Shown: one piece after another, positions 9,014 through 18,926 of the stretch
Layout: each line of letters opens with the position of its first letter
Position numbering within the stretch: position 1 is the stretch's first letter
DNA from: Desulfosudaceae bacterium
GTDB taxonomy: Bacteria > Desulfobacterota > Desulfobacteria > Desulfobacterales > Desulfosudaceae
Length of the DNA: 64,000 nt
Assembly: GCA_963674745.2 (NCBI GenBank)
Contig: CAXXDV010000001.1
Coordinates: 64,001-128,000, forward strand
Direction: 5' to 3'
Program-made: the position numbers and the translations under genes
The notes under the pieces: generated by a model
Told to the model about the DNA's origin: nothing
The model's database searches: none
Seen by the model: the letters and a program-made list of their open reading frames with translations, nothing else

Positions 9014-10597
9014 TTACACCTTGAAGCTTTCTTCAATTCCGGCATATTTTTTTCGCAGCTTAGGCTTTTCAATTTTCCCGGTGGGATTGCGCGGTATTTT
9101 ATCAAAAAAGAACTTGCGCGGCCGTTTGAAGCGCGGAAGCTGGGAACAGAATTCCACCAGCTCATCAACGGTGATTTCCTGTCCTTCTTTGGGTTGAATA
9201 ACAGCCGTGGCAATTTCTCCCAGTCTCAGGCTGGGGGTGCCGATAACGGCGGCATCATGAATCTTGGGGTGAGTAAACAGAAAACTCTCCACATCCACCG
9301 GATAAACATTTTCACCCCCGGTGATAATAACGTCTTTTTTCCGGTCCACCAGCCATATAAAGCCGTCTTCGTCTTCACGCGCCATATCTCCGGTCAGTAG
9401 CCAACCGTCTTTTAACACCTCATCGCTTGCAGCCGGGTTTTTGTAGTATTCTTTCATCACACCCGGCCCCCGCACCATAAGTTCACCGATTTCGCCCCTG
9501 GGGAGCGGCTTCAATGATTCATCAACAATGCAGGTTTCCCAGTCAAAACCCGGCTTTCCGATGGCACCGACCTTGTGCATATTCTCAATACCCAGGTGCA
9601 CGCAACCGGGGCCGGTGGTTTCCGTCAGCCCGTAATTGGTGTCGTAATCATGATGGGGGAATATTTTTTTCCACTCGCGGACGAGGCTGGCCGGTACCGG
9701 CTGGGCACCGATATGCATCAGCCGCCACTGATCGAGGTTGAACTTTTCAAGACGGATATCCTTGTTCTCAATGGCGAACAGGATGTCAAGGGCCCACGGC
9801 ACCAGCAGCCAGACCACGGTCACTTTTTCTTCTGAAATGGCTTCGATGATCCAGGCCGGTTCGATACCCTTCATAATAACGGCTTTTGCCCCGACAATAA
9901 AATTGCCGAACCAGTGCATCTTGGCCCCGGTATGATACAGGGGGGGAATGCAGAGAAAATTGTCCTCGTGGGTCTGTTTATGGTGATGATTCTCAACGTA
10001 ACAGGCGAATTCGAGGTTTTTATGGGTCAACAGCGTGGCTTTGGGGTCTCCGGTGGTTCCTGAAGTAAAATACAGCGCCGCATCTTCCTCGAGCGCCAGG
10101 TCAACGTTTGGCGCCAGGGGCTCAAATTCCGCCAGGATCTTTGAATAGGGCCGGCAATAGTCGGGCAACATGGCCTCATCGCCGGTGAAAATATAGGTTT
10201 TGACCGTCTTGTCCAGCCCCTCTTTGACCGTATTGACCCGCTCAACAAACTCTTCACCAAAAATCATGACACTGGCTTCAGCGGTCTTGACACATTTTAG
10301 AATTGTTTCAGCGGCAAACCGGAAATTAAGCGGCACGGCCATGGCGCCGGTGCGCAGAATACCGAAATAGATGGGCAGCCAGTCCAGACAATTGGTCATC
10401 AGCTGCACCACCCGGTCCCCCTTTTTGACGCCCGCGACGATCAGGGCCTGGGCGACCCGGTTGCTTTGTTCGTCAAACATTTCCCAGGTGATTTCGCTGC
10501 GCTTGTTTTCAGCAGGGCTGCGCTCAATAAGCGCCACCTCGGGCCCGTACATGCGGGCGTTCCTGGCCAGAATTTCCGTAATCAACATACCGTTCAC
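9014..10597 (-). CDS. acyl-CoA synthetase (AMP-binding family)
   Basis: YFTSGTTGDPKA, NYGLTET, TGDMA, DRKKDVIITGGENVYP, PRNPTGKIEK. Confidence 0.95.
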   Translation of the reverse strand: MNGMLITEILARNARMYGPEVALIERSPAENKRSEITWEMFDEQSNRVAQALIVAGVKKGDRVVQLMTNCLDWLPIYFGILRTGAMAVPLNFRFAAETILKCVKTAEASVMIFGEEFVERVNTVKEGLDKTVKTYIFTGDEAMLPDYCRPYSKILAEFEPLAPNVDLALEEDAALYFTSGTTGDPKATLLTHKNLEFACYVENHHHKQTHEDNFLCIPPLYHTGAKMHWFGNFIVGAKAVIMKGIEPAWIIEAISEEKVTVVWLLVPWALDILFAIENKDIRLEKFNLDQWRLMHIGAQPVPASLVREWKKIFPHHDYDTNYGLTETTGPGCVHLGIENMHKVGAIGKPGFDWETCIVDESLKPLPRGEIGELMVRGPGVMKEYYKNPAASDEVLKDGWLLTGDMAREDEDGFIWLVDRKKDVIITGGENVYPVDVESFLFTHPKIHDAAVIGTPSLRLGEIATAVIQPKEGQEITVDELVEFCSQLPRFKRPRKFFFDKIPRNPTGKIEKPKLRKKYAGIEESFKV

Positions 10598-10700
10598 TCC
10601 CGTTCATTTAAAGAGCATATTCTTAATAATTCATAAAAACGATTTTCTCGTCCTGTTACCTTCCGTATGTTATGCCCGTATGTGGTTTATGAAGCAACAT

Positions 10701-10823
10701 TGATTGATTTCGGGGAAAAATTCAGCAAACGCCAAAGCGTTGAAACTTCAAACTGTTTGAGGCCGACAGGCCGAGTTTTTGAAGTTTCAGCGAAGGCTTT
10801 TGCTTAAATCCCGAAAGCAATCA
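10701..10823. repeat. long imperfect hairpin, MITE/REP-like
   Basis: Nested arms TGATTG.TTTCGGG/CCCGAAA.CAATCA, AGCAAACGCC/GGCTTTTGCT, CGTTGAAACTTCAAA/TTTGAAGTTTCAGCG. Confidence 0.75.
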
Positions 10824-10849
10824 GTTGCGAATAAACCGCATACGAATGC

Positions 10850-11353
10850 TCATTCCTTCAGATGTTTGACCAGGTGTCCGGCTTCGGGAAAAATCAGGGA
10901 TCCGCAGATCAACTTACAGGCGTTTCGGCTACCGGGGATACAGAAGACGACACTTTTCCCGACAATACCCGCCGTGGCACGGGAGAGAATGGCGGCGGCA
11001 TCAATTTCTTCGAAACTGAGCTGGGCAACCACCGGACCGAAGGCGGTCAGTTCTTTTGCAAACAGGGGCCTTACCGCTTCAATGGTGACATCTTTTTCCG
11101 CCAGTCCGGTTCCACCCGTTAAAATGAGCAGTTGCGGCCGGTACATGTTAATCATCTCACACAGCGCACGCCGGATGGCACTGACATCATCAGTGACGAC
11201 CCGATGGGCCACAACCGTATGGCGCTCTTTTTCCGCCTGTTTTTTTATCCACTGACCGCTGGCGTCATTATCAATATTGCGCGTGGTTGAAACGGTCAGG
11301 ATACCGACCTTCAGCTGTGAAGGGGCCTGTTTTTTATGCTCTTTGCTGCTCAT
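10850..11353 (-). CDS. moaB: molybdenum cofactor biosynthesis protein MoaB/MogA family
   Basis: GILTVS, D.SG, LTGGTGLAEKDVTIEA, AILSRATAG, FCIPGS. Confidence 0.9.
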   Translation of the reverse strand: MSSKEHKKQAPSQLKVGILTVSTTRNIDNDASGQWIKKQAEKERHTVVAHRVVTDDVSAIRRALCEMINMYRPQLLILTGGTGLAEKDVTIEAVRPLFAKELTAFGPVVAQLSFEEIDAAAILSRATAGIVGKSVVFCIPGSRNACKLICGSLIFPEAGHLVKHLKE

Positions 11354-11365
11354 TGGCTTATATCA

Positions 11366-11908
11366 TCAACCCCGGAGGATGACCAGGTCCTGGTCATCGC
11401 ATTCACTCAGCATCACGTTAACTGTCTGGTCGCGGTTTGTCTCTACAATCTTGCCCACGTAATCGGAACTAATCGGCAACTCCCGCAGCCCCCGGTCAAC
11501 CAGCACCGCCAGTTCCACCCGGGACGGGCGTCCGAAATCCATCAAGGCATCCAGGGCCCCCCTGGTCGTTCGGCCGGTAAACAGCACGTCATCCACCAGG
11601 ACGACACGCCTGTCATCAACGGAAAAAGGGATATCCGTGGACTGTACCACGGGCTGATAACTGATCCGTGTCCAGTCATCCCGGTACAGGGTAATGTCTA
11701 TGGCGCCGGTCAACACCGGCATGCCGGCAATACCGGCAATCATGTCGGCCAGTCGCCTGGCCAGAAAAACACCACGGGTATGAATGCCGATCAGCGCCAG
11801 ATCTTTTATTGTGCCTGCGCCTCTTTCAACAATTTCCCCGGAGATCCGCTCCAGCTCGCGCCTGACTTCATCGGCATTTAATAAAACAGTTCCTTCATCT
11901 GATTGCAT
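11366..11908 (-). CDS. pyrR: PyrR bifunctional regulator / uracil phosphoribosyltransferase
   Basis: GIHTRG, DITLYRDD, VVLVDDVLFTGRT, LVDRG.RELPI..DYVG; ATG 11908 with GGAGG RBS. Confidence 0.93.
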   Translation of the reverse strand: MQSDEGTVLLNADEVRRELERISGEIVERGAGTIKDLALIGIHTRGVFLARRLADMIAGIAGMPVLTGAIDITLYRDDWTRISYQPVVQSTDIPFSVDDRRVVLVDDVLFTGRTTRGALDALMDFGRPSRVELAVLVDRGLRELPISSDYVGKIVETNRDQTVNVMLSECDDQDLVILRG

Positions 11909-11921
11909 GGGTCGCCTCCAA

Positions 11922-13835
11922 TTACGCAAAAAAATCCAGATCCTGGCGTTTGTCACGAATATGTGCCAGGAGATTGTCCAGAAATGAATCCGTTGGAACT
12001 GCCTGATGGACTTTGCCTTCCAGCGTTCTCACAGACAGCGTACCGGCTTCCTTTTCCCTGTCACCCAGGGTAATAATCAGCGGGATCTTGTCCAACTGGG
12101 CTTCCCGCACCTTTTTATTCAAGCTTTCCGAACGACTGTCGACTTCCGTCCGGATGCCCGCCTTTTCAAACTGCTCCCGGACCTGATCGGCAAACGGAAC
12201 AAGCGTGTCATTAATCGGCAGCAGAATCGCCTGTACCGGCGCCAGCCATAATGGGAATTTGCCCGCGTAGTGTTCGACCAGAATACCGAAAAACCGCTCG
12301 ACGGATCCATACACAACCCGATGAATCATCACCGGTCGCTGTTTCTGATTTTTATGATCGATATAATTTAAATCAAAACGTTCGGGCAGCGACATATCCA
12401 GCTGAATGGTGCCGCACTGCCAGGTCCGTCCGATGGCGTCCTTGATATGCACATCAATTTTAGGCCCGTAAAAAGCGCCATCGCCTTCGTTAATCTGGTA
12501 GCCCTTGCCGTATTTTTCCAGCGCACCCTGTAACCCCTGTGTCGCTTTTTCCCATTGTTCATCCGTGCCGATGGATTTTTTGGGTCTGGTGGACAGCTCC
12601 AGATGGAAGCCCAGGCCGAAGGTGCTGTAAATCCGTTCAACCAGGTTAAGAACGCCCAGTATCTCCTGCTCGATCTGATCGGGCATCATGAAGATGTGGG
12701 CATCATCCTGGTGAAAGGCCCGGACCCGGAACAGTCCGGACAAAACACCACTCAACTCATGCCGGTGAACCAGCCCGATCTCAGCCACACGCATGGGAAG
12801 GTCACGGTAGGAATACGTTTTTTCATTGTACATCAGCATGCCGCCGGGACAGTTCATGGGCTTGATCGCATACTGATTATCGTCAATCTCTGAAATATAC
12901 ATATTCTCCCGGTAGTTCTCCCAGTGACCGCTCTTCTCCCATAACGCCCGGTCCAGCATGACGGGTGTTTTGATCTCCACATATCCGGCGGCCTTGTGCT
13001 CCACCCGCCAGTAATCAAGCAATGTGTTCCACATGGTCATGCCCCGGGGATGAAAAAAAGGCATGCCGGCCGCTTCCTGGTGAAAGCTGAAAAGGCCCAG
13101 CTGGGAACCGATTTTACGATGATCCCTTTTCTTTGCCTCCTCGATCAACTGCAGGTGGGCTTTGAGTTCTTTTTTTGAAAAAAAGGCGGTACCGTAAATT
13201 CGCTGCAACTGTTCCCGCTGTTGATCCGCCCGCCAGTAGGCACCGGAAACTTTCATCAGCTTGACGGCCCCGATAAGCCCGGTATGCGGCACATGGGGTC
13301 CCCGGCAGAGATCGGAAAAATCGCCGTTGGTGTATATGGAAATCGTCTCGCCCTCAAGGCCTTCGATAATTTCTGTTTTGTATTTCTGGCCGCTGTACAT
13401 GCGTAGTGCTTCTTCACGGCTGACCTCCCGGCGGACAAAAGGCAGTTTCTGCTTGATAATGGCCTTCATTTCCGCCTCGATTTTCGAAAATACCTCTTCG
13501 GACACCGGCTCCATATCAATGTCATAATAAAAACCGTCGGCCACCACCGGCCCGATGGTCAACTCCGCGTTTTCATAAAGATGCTGAACGGCCTCGGCCA
13601 TTACATGGGCCGCACTGTGACGCATTATTTCCAGGCCTTCCGCATCCCGGGTCGTGATTAACCTGACCGAGGCATCTGTTTTGACCTGGCTGTTCAAATC
13701 GCTAAGAACGCCGTCTACCTCCATGGCGACACTGTTTCGCAACAGTCCTTCGGAAATGGAGCGGGCAATATCCTCTCCGGTAACGGCCGCATCAAAATTC
13801 AAAACACGTTCATCCGGTAATTTAATGGTTATCAA
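11922..13835 (-). CDS. thrS: threonyl-tRNA synthetase
   Basis: TGS domain, RHSAAHVMA, DLCRGPH, KPMNCP, AFYGPKID, QCGTIQLD. Confidence 0.99.
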   Translation of the reverse strand: MITIKLPDERVLNFDAAVTGEDIARSISEGLLRNSVAMEVDGVLSDLNSQVKTDASVRLITTRDAEGLEIMRHSAAHVMAEAVQHLYENAELTIGPVVADGFYYDIDMEPVSEEVFSKIEAEMKAIIKQKLPFVRREVSREEALRMYSGQKYKTEIIEGLEGETISIYTNGDFSDLCRGPHVPHTGLIGAVKLMKVSGAYWRADQQREQLQRIYGTAFFSKKELKAHLQLIEEAKKRDHRKIGSQLGLFSFHQEAAGMPFFHPRGMTMWNTLLDYWRVEHKAAGYVEIKTPVMLDRALWEKSGHWENYRENMYISEIDDNQYAIKPMNCPGGMLMYNEKTYSYRDLPMRVAEIGLVHRHELSGVLSGLFRVRAFHQDDAHIFMMPDQIEQEILGVLNLVERIYSTFGLGFHLELSTRPKKSIGTDEQWEKATQGLQGALEKYGKGYQINEGDGAFYGPKIDVHIKDAIGRTWQCGTIQLDMSLPERFDLNYIDHKNQKQRPVMIHRVVYGSVERFFGILVEHYAGKFPLWLAPVQAILLPINDTLVPFADQVREQFEKAGIRTEVDSRSESLNKKVREAQLDKIPLIITLGDREKEAGTLSVRTLEGKVHQAVPTDSFLDNLLAHIRDKRQDLDFFA

Positions 13836-14002
13836 CTGAATTTCTCCAGAAAAAAATTTGCAATTATTGAAATCATTGACATTTTATCGTGAAATGTATA
13901 ACATATTGAAAAGGTGATGATCCGGTCAAGAAAAAAATCATGGCTATTCTTTTTGCTGCAGCATACAGCCTTATATAATTAAGTGCCAGAGAAATTCAGG
14001 TT

Positions 14003-15424
14003 ATGGACAGCAAACGACTTGCATCTCTTGTTTCCCTGAGGGAAAAGGCGAAGGAAAAATTTTTCCGTTCGACCATCGCCACCAAAATGACCATCGCCTA
14101 TATCCCCCTGGCCACCATTATCATTTTGCTTTCCCTTTATACCCTGTCCAGCCTGAACGAACTGGGGGACCTGAGCAAGGATATTGTCAAAAAAAACATG
14201 GCCGCTATTGAAGCGGCTGACAGCCTGACCGATTGTCTTCTGGCCCAGGAATCTCACGGCCGCCGTTTTTTAATCATGAAAAGCACGGAGATGAAAGATT
14301 TTTTCTGGGAAAGAGACGCTGAACTCAAACGGGCCATGGACAAATTAAAAATGGTCTTCCCAGCTCAAGACACCTGGGCCATTGACCAACTGGCAGAATC
14401 TCACCAGCATTATGCCTCCGTTTACTCGGAAATTTTCGGCCTCAGCGATGAAAGCCTGAACCGGGCTGAGACACAAAGAGACGCTGAGATCAGACAATAT
14501 CTGGATGACCAGCTGGCCGGCATCAAACTGATCACCCACACCGCCAGAAAAAACCTGGCGACAAAAACCAGCATGGCCGGTACGTTCAGCGCCAAGGCCT
14601 TTCACATAACGGCCTTTCTCTCCGTTCTGGGCGTATGCATCGGTATCGGCGCAGCCTTGCTGATTACGCGCAGCGTATCCCGCTCCATCAATCAGCTTAA
14701 ACTGGCTACCGCCAAATTCTCCGAGCGGCAGTTTGACTTTGTGCCTGATGTACAGGAAAGGGATGAATTCGGCATGCTGGCCAGGTCATTTATCGCCATG
14801 GCCCAGAGACTGGCCAGGCTGGAAGTGATGGATCTGGATGCCAATCCATTGACGCGACTGCCCGGTGGAGCAGCCGTGGACAACATTCTCACCGAGCGGC
14901 TTTTAACAAAAAAACCGATCGCCTTCTGCCTTGTGGATCTTGACAACTTCAAAGCGTTCAATGATCGTTACGGATATGCCAGAGGGAACGACGTGATTCG
15001 AAAAACAGGTAAAATCATAGAAGGCGCTCTGGCAGAACACGGCACCGAAGAGTCTTTTCTGGGACATATTGGTGGCGACGACTTTGTTGTTATCCTGGCA
15101 CCGGACAGATATGTACCCGTCTGTGAAACCATTATCGAAGAATTTGACAGACAAGCCGGAGACTTTTATGATAAAGATGATCGTGAAAGAGGTTATATCA
15201 CCGCCAAAACCCGGCAGGGTGAAACCTGGGAATTTCCGATCATGACGGTATCAATTGCGGTTGTCACCAGCAATAACCGCCAGGATATCAGCAGCGTAAA
15301 AATCAGTGAATTGGCGGCTGAGATCAAGGAGCACGCCAAAACCATACCGGGCAGTCTCTACCTGGCTGACCGCAGAAGAGAGGACGACGGACAAGGGATG
15401 ATAATCAATGGCATTACCGCCTAA
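14003..15424 (+). CDS. membrane-bound HAMP-GGDEF diguanylate cyclase
   Basis: Two TM helices flanking a periplasmic domain, HAMP (DEFG.LA.SF..M), NPLTRLPG, DLDNFKAFND.YGY..G, GGDDF. Confidence 0.92.
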   Translation: MDSKRLASLVSLREKAKEKFFRSTIATKMTIAYIPLATIIILLSLYTLSSLNELGDLSKDIVKKNMAAIEAADSLTDCLLAQESHGRRFLIMKSTEMKDFFWERDAELKRAMDKLKMVFPAQDTWAIDQLAESHQHYASVYSEIFGLSDESLNRAETQRDAEIRQYLDDQLAGIKLITHTARKNLATKTSMAGTFSAKAFHITAFLSVLGVCIGIGAALLITRSVSRSINQLKLATAKFSERQFDFVPDVQERDEFGMLARSFIAMAQRLARLEVMDLDANPLTRLPGGAAVDNILTERLLTKKPIAFCLVDLDNFKAFNDRYGYARGNDVIRKTGKIIEGALAEHGTEESFLGHIGGDDFVVILAPDRYVPVCETIIEEFDRQAGDFYDKDDRERGYITAKTRQGETWEFPIMTVSIAVVTSNNRQDISSVKISELAAEIKEHAKTIPGSLYLADRRREDDGQGMIINGITA

Positions 15425-15989
15425 CCAGGGCAGAACGGGTATCATTGCAAGGGCAAGGCACCTGGCGTTCTTTGCGGTAACAGGTTCTCTCTTAAGCCTG
15501 ATTGTCTGTGTCCATATCCTTTCGGGTTGCGTCACACCAACGCCGAAACCGGCACCGGCACCGGCACCCTACCCGGAGAATATGCCGGCCGAGGTTATCG
15601 CCGATGAAATCGCCGGTACCGAAAAGGCCCTGTCAGAAATTACAGACGAACAACCCCCGGGTCAAAAGCCGGGCCTCTTTTTACGCCTGGCCATGCTGTA
15701 CGCTCATCCGGACAATCCGGACCGGAACTATTCCCGTGCCATTGATTATCTGGAACAATATATGAAGCTCGGAAAAACAGTGGATGCCGAATTCACCCTT
15801 TCACTGCTGACCCGCCTGTCAAAATGTCAGATCGTCAACAAAAAAGCCTGTGCCGAGCTGGCCGACCGCAATGAAGAAATCGAAAAAAACTTTCAGGCAC
15901 TGGCCCGGGAAAACCTTCAACTGAAACAGATGATTGAAAAGCTCAAACACCTGGACATTCAACTCGAGAAGAAAAGAAAAGCCTTTTGA
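15408..15989 (+). CDS. hypothetical lipoprotein with TPR-like and coiled-coil regions
   Basis: Lipobox ILSGC, Pro-Ala linker, C-terminal IEKLKHLDIQLEKKR; overlaps both neighbours. Confidence 0.7.
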   Translation: MALPPNQGRTGIIARARHLAFFAVTGSLLSLIVCVHILSGCVTPTPKPAPAPAPYPENMPAEVIADEIAGTEKALSEITDEQPPGQKPGLFLRLAMLYAHPDNPDRNYSRAIDYLEQYMKLGKTVDAEFTLSLLTRLSKCQIVNKKACAELADRNEEIEKNFQALARENLQLKQMIEKLKHLDIQLEKKRKAF

Positions 15990-17140
15990 CTGACCTCACT
16001 GACGCAGCCCCTTCATATCACCTGATCACCGACCGGAAATCCCTTGAAGCGATCATTCCCGAACTGATGCATGAAAATGTCGTGGCCATGGATATTGAAG
16101 CCGACTCCATGTACCATTTTGCCGAACAGGTCTGCCTGATTCAGATCGCTACCGCCAAGCGATGCCTGCTGATAGACCCCCTGGCGGTTAATGACGTTTC
16201 TTCACTCAGACCGTTGTTTCAGGAAGCGGGCATAACCAAAATTTTTCATGGCGCCAGCTACGATGTCCGCTGTCTGGCGTTGTGCTACAACATGCAAATC
16301 AACAATCTGTTCGACACTGAAATCGCCTGCCGATTTCTCGGGTTAAGCGAAACCGGGTTAAACGCGGTACTTCAACAGACGTTTGACGTGGCCCTTGATA
16401 AAAAATATCAAAAAAAAGACTGGTCCCGCAGGCCCCTTTCCGACGAGATGCTGACATACGCCGCCCGGGATGTGCTCTATCTGATTCCCCTGTGGCGTCT
16501 ATTGAAAAAACAGTTGAAAGAAAAACAGCGAATGGCCTGGGTTGAAGAAGAATTTCGTATTATAAGCACTTCGCGGCCGGCTGACGAAACAGGCCGGCCC
16601 CTGTTTTTAAAATTCAAGGGTGCCGGCCGGCTTGATCGACGAAGCCTGGCGGTACTGGAATACCTGCTGAAAAAACGCCAGGACATAGCAAGAAAAAAAG
16701 ATCTGCCCCTGTTCAAAATTTTCAATACCCAGGCAATGATCCGGTTGGCTGAAGAAAAACCAACCAGTCGAAAAGCGCTGATGAGATCGGGAATTCTTTC
16801 GGAAAAACAGATGGACATGTACGCCGAATCGATTTGTCAGGCCATACGTAAAGGCCTTGGTCTGGAAGAAAAAGACCTTCCGGTTTATCCCCGCGAAAAA
16901 AGAAAACCGTTATCCCTTAAAGCGTCTCTCCGAATTAACGCGTTGAAACAATGGCGTGAAACAGCGGCTGAAAAATTCGGCATGGACTCCGGGCTGTTAC
17001 TGTCCAATGCCGTGGCCATGAGTATCGCCCGGAAAAACCCGCAGACCATTAAACAGCTTGATGATGTTGAAGAGATAAAACAATGGCAGAAAAAAGCACT
17101 CGGGCGGGAAATTATTGAAGTCCTGAATGCTATCTCCTGA
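15986..17140 (+). CDS. rnd: ribonuclease D (3'-5' exonuclease with HRDC domains)
   Basis: DIEADS, CLIQIA, KIFHGASYD, FDTEIA, DWSRRPL, YAARDV. Confidence 0.92.
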   Translation: MTDLTDAAPSYHLITDRKSLEAIIPELMHENVVAMDIEADSMYHFAEQVCLIQIATAKRCLLIDPLAVNDVSSLRPLFQEAGITKIFHGASYDVRCLALCYNMQINNLFDTEIACRFLGLSETGLNAVLQQTFDVALDKKYQKKDWSRRPLSDEMLTYAARDVLYLIPLWRLLKKQLKEKQRMAWVEEEFRIISTSRPADETGRPLFLKFKGAGRLDRRSLAVLEYLLKKRQDIARKKDLPLFKIFNTQAMIRLAEEKPTSRKALMRSGILSEKQMDMYAESICQAIRKGLGLEEKDLPVYPREKRKPLSLKASLRINALKQWRETAAEKFGMDSGLLLSNAVAMSIARKNPQTIKQLDDVEEIKQWQKKALGREIIEVLNAIS

Positions 17141-17173
17141 TTGGTTTGCCGGCATCGGTTTTAAGCCGGATTG

Positions 17174-17360
17174 GTGTTTAAGTGGTTATGTGATTATGTG
17201 GTTAAGTTGTCGGGGTTCGAGAAAGGGGGCTGGCCCGCTCTGCGGGAGCAAGGTTCGGGGTTTGAGGGTGTAAGGTTTTAGGGTTTTAGGGTTTCAGGTG
17301 GTTAAGTGTTTAAGTGGTTATGTGATTATGTGGTTAAGTTGCCGGGGTTTGAGAGGGGGG
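17174..17360. repeat. octamer tandem array, family A (GTGDTTAW), duplicated around a hairpin core
   Basis: 49-bp block at 17174-17222 repeated at 17306-17354 with 2 mismatches; CCCGC-TCT-GCGGG core; GGTTTTAG units. Confidence 0.85.
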
Positions 17361-17406
17361 ACGGTTTTGTCGGTGAAAGCTGTTTCCCGGAAAAGGAGAC
17401 ATCGTA

Positions 17407-18012
17407 GTGGAAGAATCCGTAACCTTTGACTGCGACGGATTAACATTATCTGGTCTGCTGCACCGGGCAGACGGTGACCGGGCGGCCCTGGTCACTCACC
17501 CGCATCCCCTTTACGGGGGCAACATGTACAATTCCGTGGTGGAAACCGTCGTGCGTGCTTACCGGAAAAAAGGATACGCGACCCTGCGCTTTGATTTCCG
17601 GGGAGCCGGCAGGAGCCAGGGGAGTTACAGCGACGGCCAAAAAGAACCGGAGGATATTGCCGCGGCCATCACCTACCTGTCAAATACCGGCATCAGCCGC
17701 CTTGACCTGGCCGGCTATTCCTTCGGCGCCTGGATATGCGCACGGGGCTACGACCGGTACCCCGGCATCGAGCGGATGATCCTTGTTTCGCCACCGGTTG
17801 CGTTCATCGATTTTGACGGTATCGGTGCGCTTTCGGTCCTGGACACGGTCATCACCGGCAGCCATGACGAATTTGCCCCGCCTGAACTCATTGAAAAAAT
17901 GATGCCCGCCTGGAACCCCGGGGCACGTTTTCATGTGATCGACGGAGCGGACCATTTTTACTTCGGTTTTGACCGGGAGTTGGAGCAAACAATATCAGAA
18001 AGCATAAAATAA
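17407..18012 (+). CDS. alpha/beta hydrolase
   Basis: HPHPLYGGNM, RFDFRGAG, GYSFG nucleophile elbow, GADHF. Confidence 0.92.
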   Translation: MEESVTFDCDGLTLSGLLHRADGDRAALVTHPHPLYGGNMYNSVVETVVRAYRKKGYATLRFDFRGAGRSQGSYSDGQKEPEDIAAAITYLSNTGISRLDLAGYSFGAWICARGYDRYPGIERMILVSPPVAFIDFDGIGALSVLDTVITGSHDEFAPPELIEKMMPAWNPGARFHVIDGADHFYFGFDRELEQTISESIK

Positions 18013-18057
18013 TCTTTCAATCTTTCCCAAACCGTCGTGGCGGTTATCGTTTTAGCA

Positions 18058-18171
18058 GGGTTCCAGGATTCAAGGGGTCGAGGGGAATTGATTGCGTTTT
18101 TTATAATAGAATATAAAAAATCGCCCTACAGCAACCCCTTGACCCCTCGAATCCTTGGCCCCTTGGACCCT
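18058..18171. repeat. octamer inverted-arm repeat, family B
   Basis: GGGTTCCA GGATTCAA GGGGTCGA GGGG ... CCCCTTGACCCCTCGAATCCTTGGCCCCTTGGACCC. Confidence 0.8.
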
Positions 18172-18179
18172 ATAGAACC

Positions 18180-18749
18180 ATGCGCCAGAAAAAAATTTCC
18201 AATGTCGTCGGTTTTGACGATGCCCCGTTTGCGAGAGACTACCGTGGACCGGTAACCGTGGTCGGTGCTGTTTTCGCCGGCCTTCGTCTGGACGGTGTTT
18301 TGACCGGAACCGTGGAAAAAGACGGGGACGATGCCGCCCGTTCCCTGGCAACGCTTATTCTTGAATCAAAATTCGCAGGGCACATCCGCCTGATCATGCT
18401 CCAGGGCATCGCCCTGGGCGGATTCAACGTGGTGGATGTCCCTCAACTTCAGAAAACAACCGGCTTGCCGGTACTGGTGGTGTCCCGCGTCAGTCCGGAC
18501 ATGGCGTCAATCAAAAAAGCGTTGCTGGCCGGCATTCCTGCCGGCAATAACAAATGGTCGCTCATCGAAAACCTGGGAGACATGGAAGCGGTCAACGGCG
18601 TTTTTATCCAGCGGGCCGGTATCAGCCGGGAGGATGCCGCTTCGGTTATCGGTCGCTTCAGCATCAACAGCCGCATCCCTGAGCCCATTCGCGTCGCCCA
18701 CCTGATTGCCGGTGCCATTGCAACCGGTCAAAGCCGTGGCGCGCCGTGA
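18180..18749 (+). CDS. DUF99 family protein (endonuclease V-like fold)
   Basis: VVGFDDAPF, DGDDA, GIALGGFNVVD, IPEPIRVAHLIA. Confidence 0.88.
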   Translation: MRQKKISNVVGFDDAPFARDYRGPVTVVGAVFAGLRLDGVLTGTVEKDGDDAARSLATLILESKFAGHIRLIMLQGIALGGFNVVDVPQLQKTTGLPVLVVSRVSPDMASIKKALLAGIPAGNNKWSLIENLGDMEAVNGVFIQRAGISREDAASVIGRFSINSRIPEPIRVAHLIAGAIATGQSRGAP

Positions 18750-18769
18750 GCCTGGCATCAGATCCCCTT

Positions 18770-18893
18770 TAGAAACCGAATAATTGCGCTCCGATACGTT
18801 TTCGTGTAATATCCGGATATAATATTCTATAGAATTGTAATCGGGATAAGGCCGTTTCCAGAAAACAAATTTACGGAGCGCAAACGGTTTTAG
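18770..18893. repeat. imperfect inverted repeat, MITE-like
   Basis: AAACCG..TTGCGCTCCG..GTTTTC paired with GAAAAC..CGGAGCGCAA.CGGTTT. Confidence 0.5.
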
Positions 18894-18926
18894 ATTTATC
18901 ATTTATAATTAATTGGAGAAAGAGCC

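Noticed and set aside
10779..11255. 158-aa plus-strand ORF, and similar long antisense ORFs (e.g. 23354-24118, 25221-25949, 53243-54442, 54593-55606, 61760-62515)
   Set aside because: Shadow frames opposite well-supported genes
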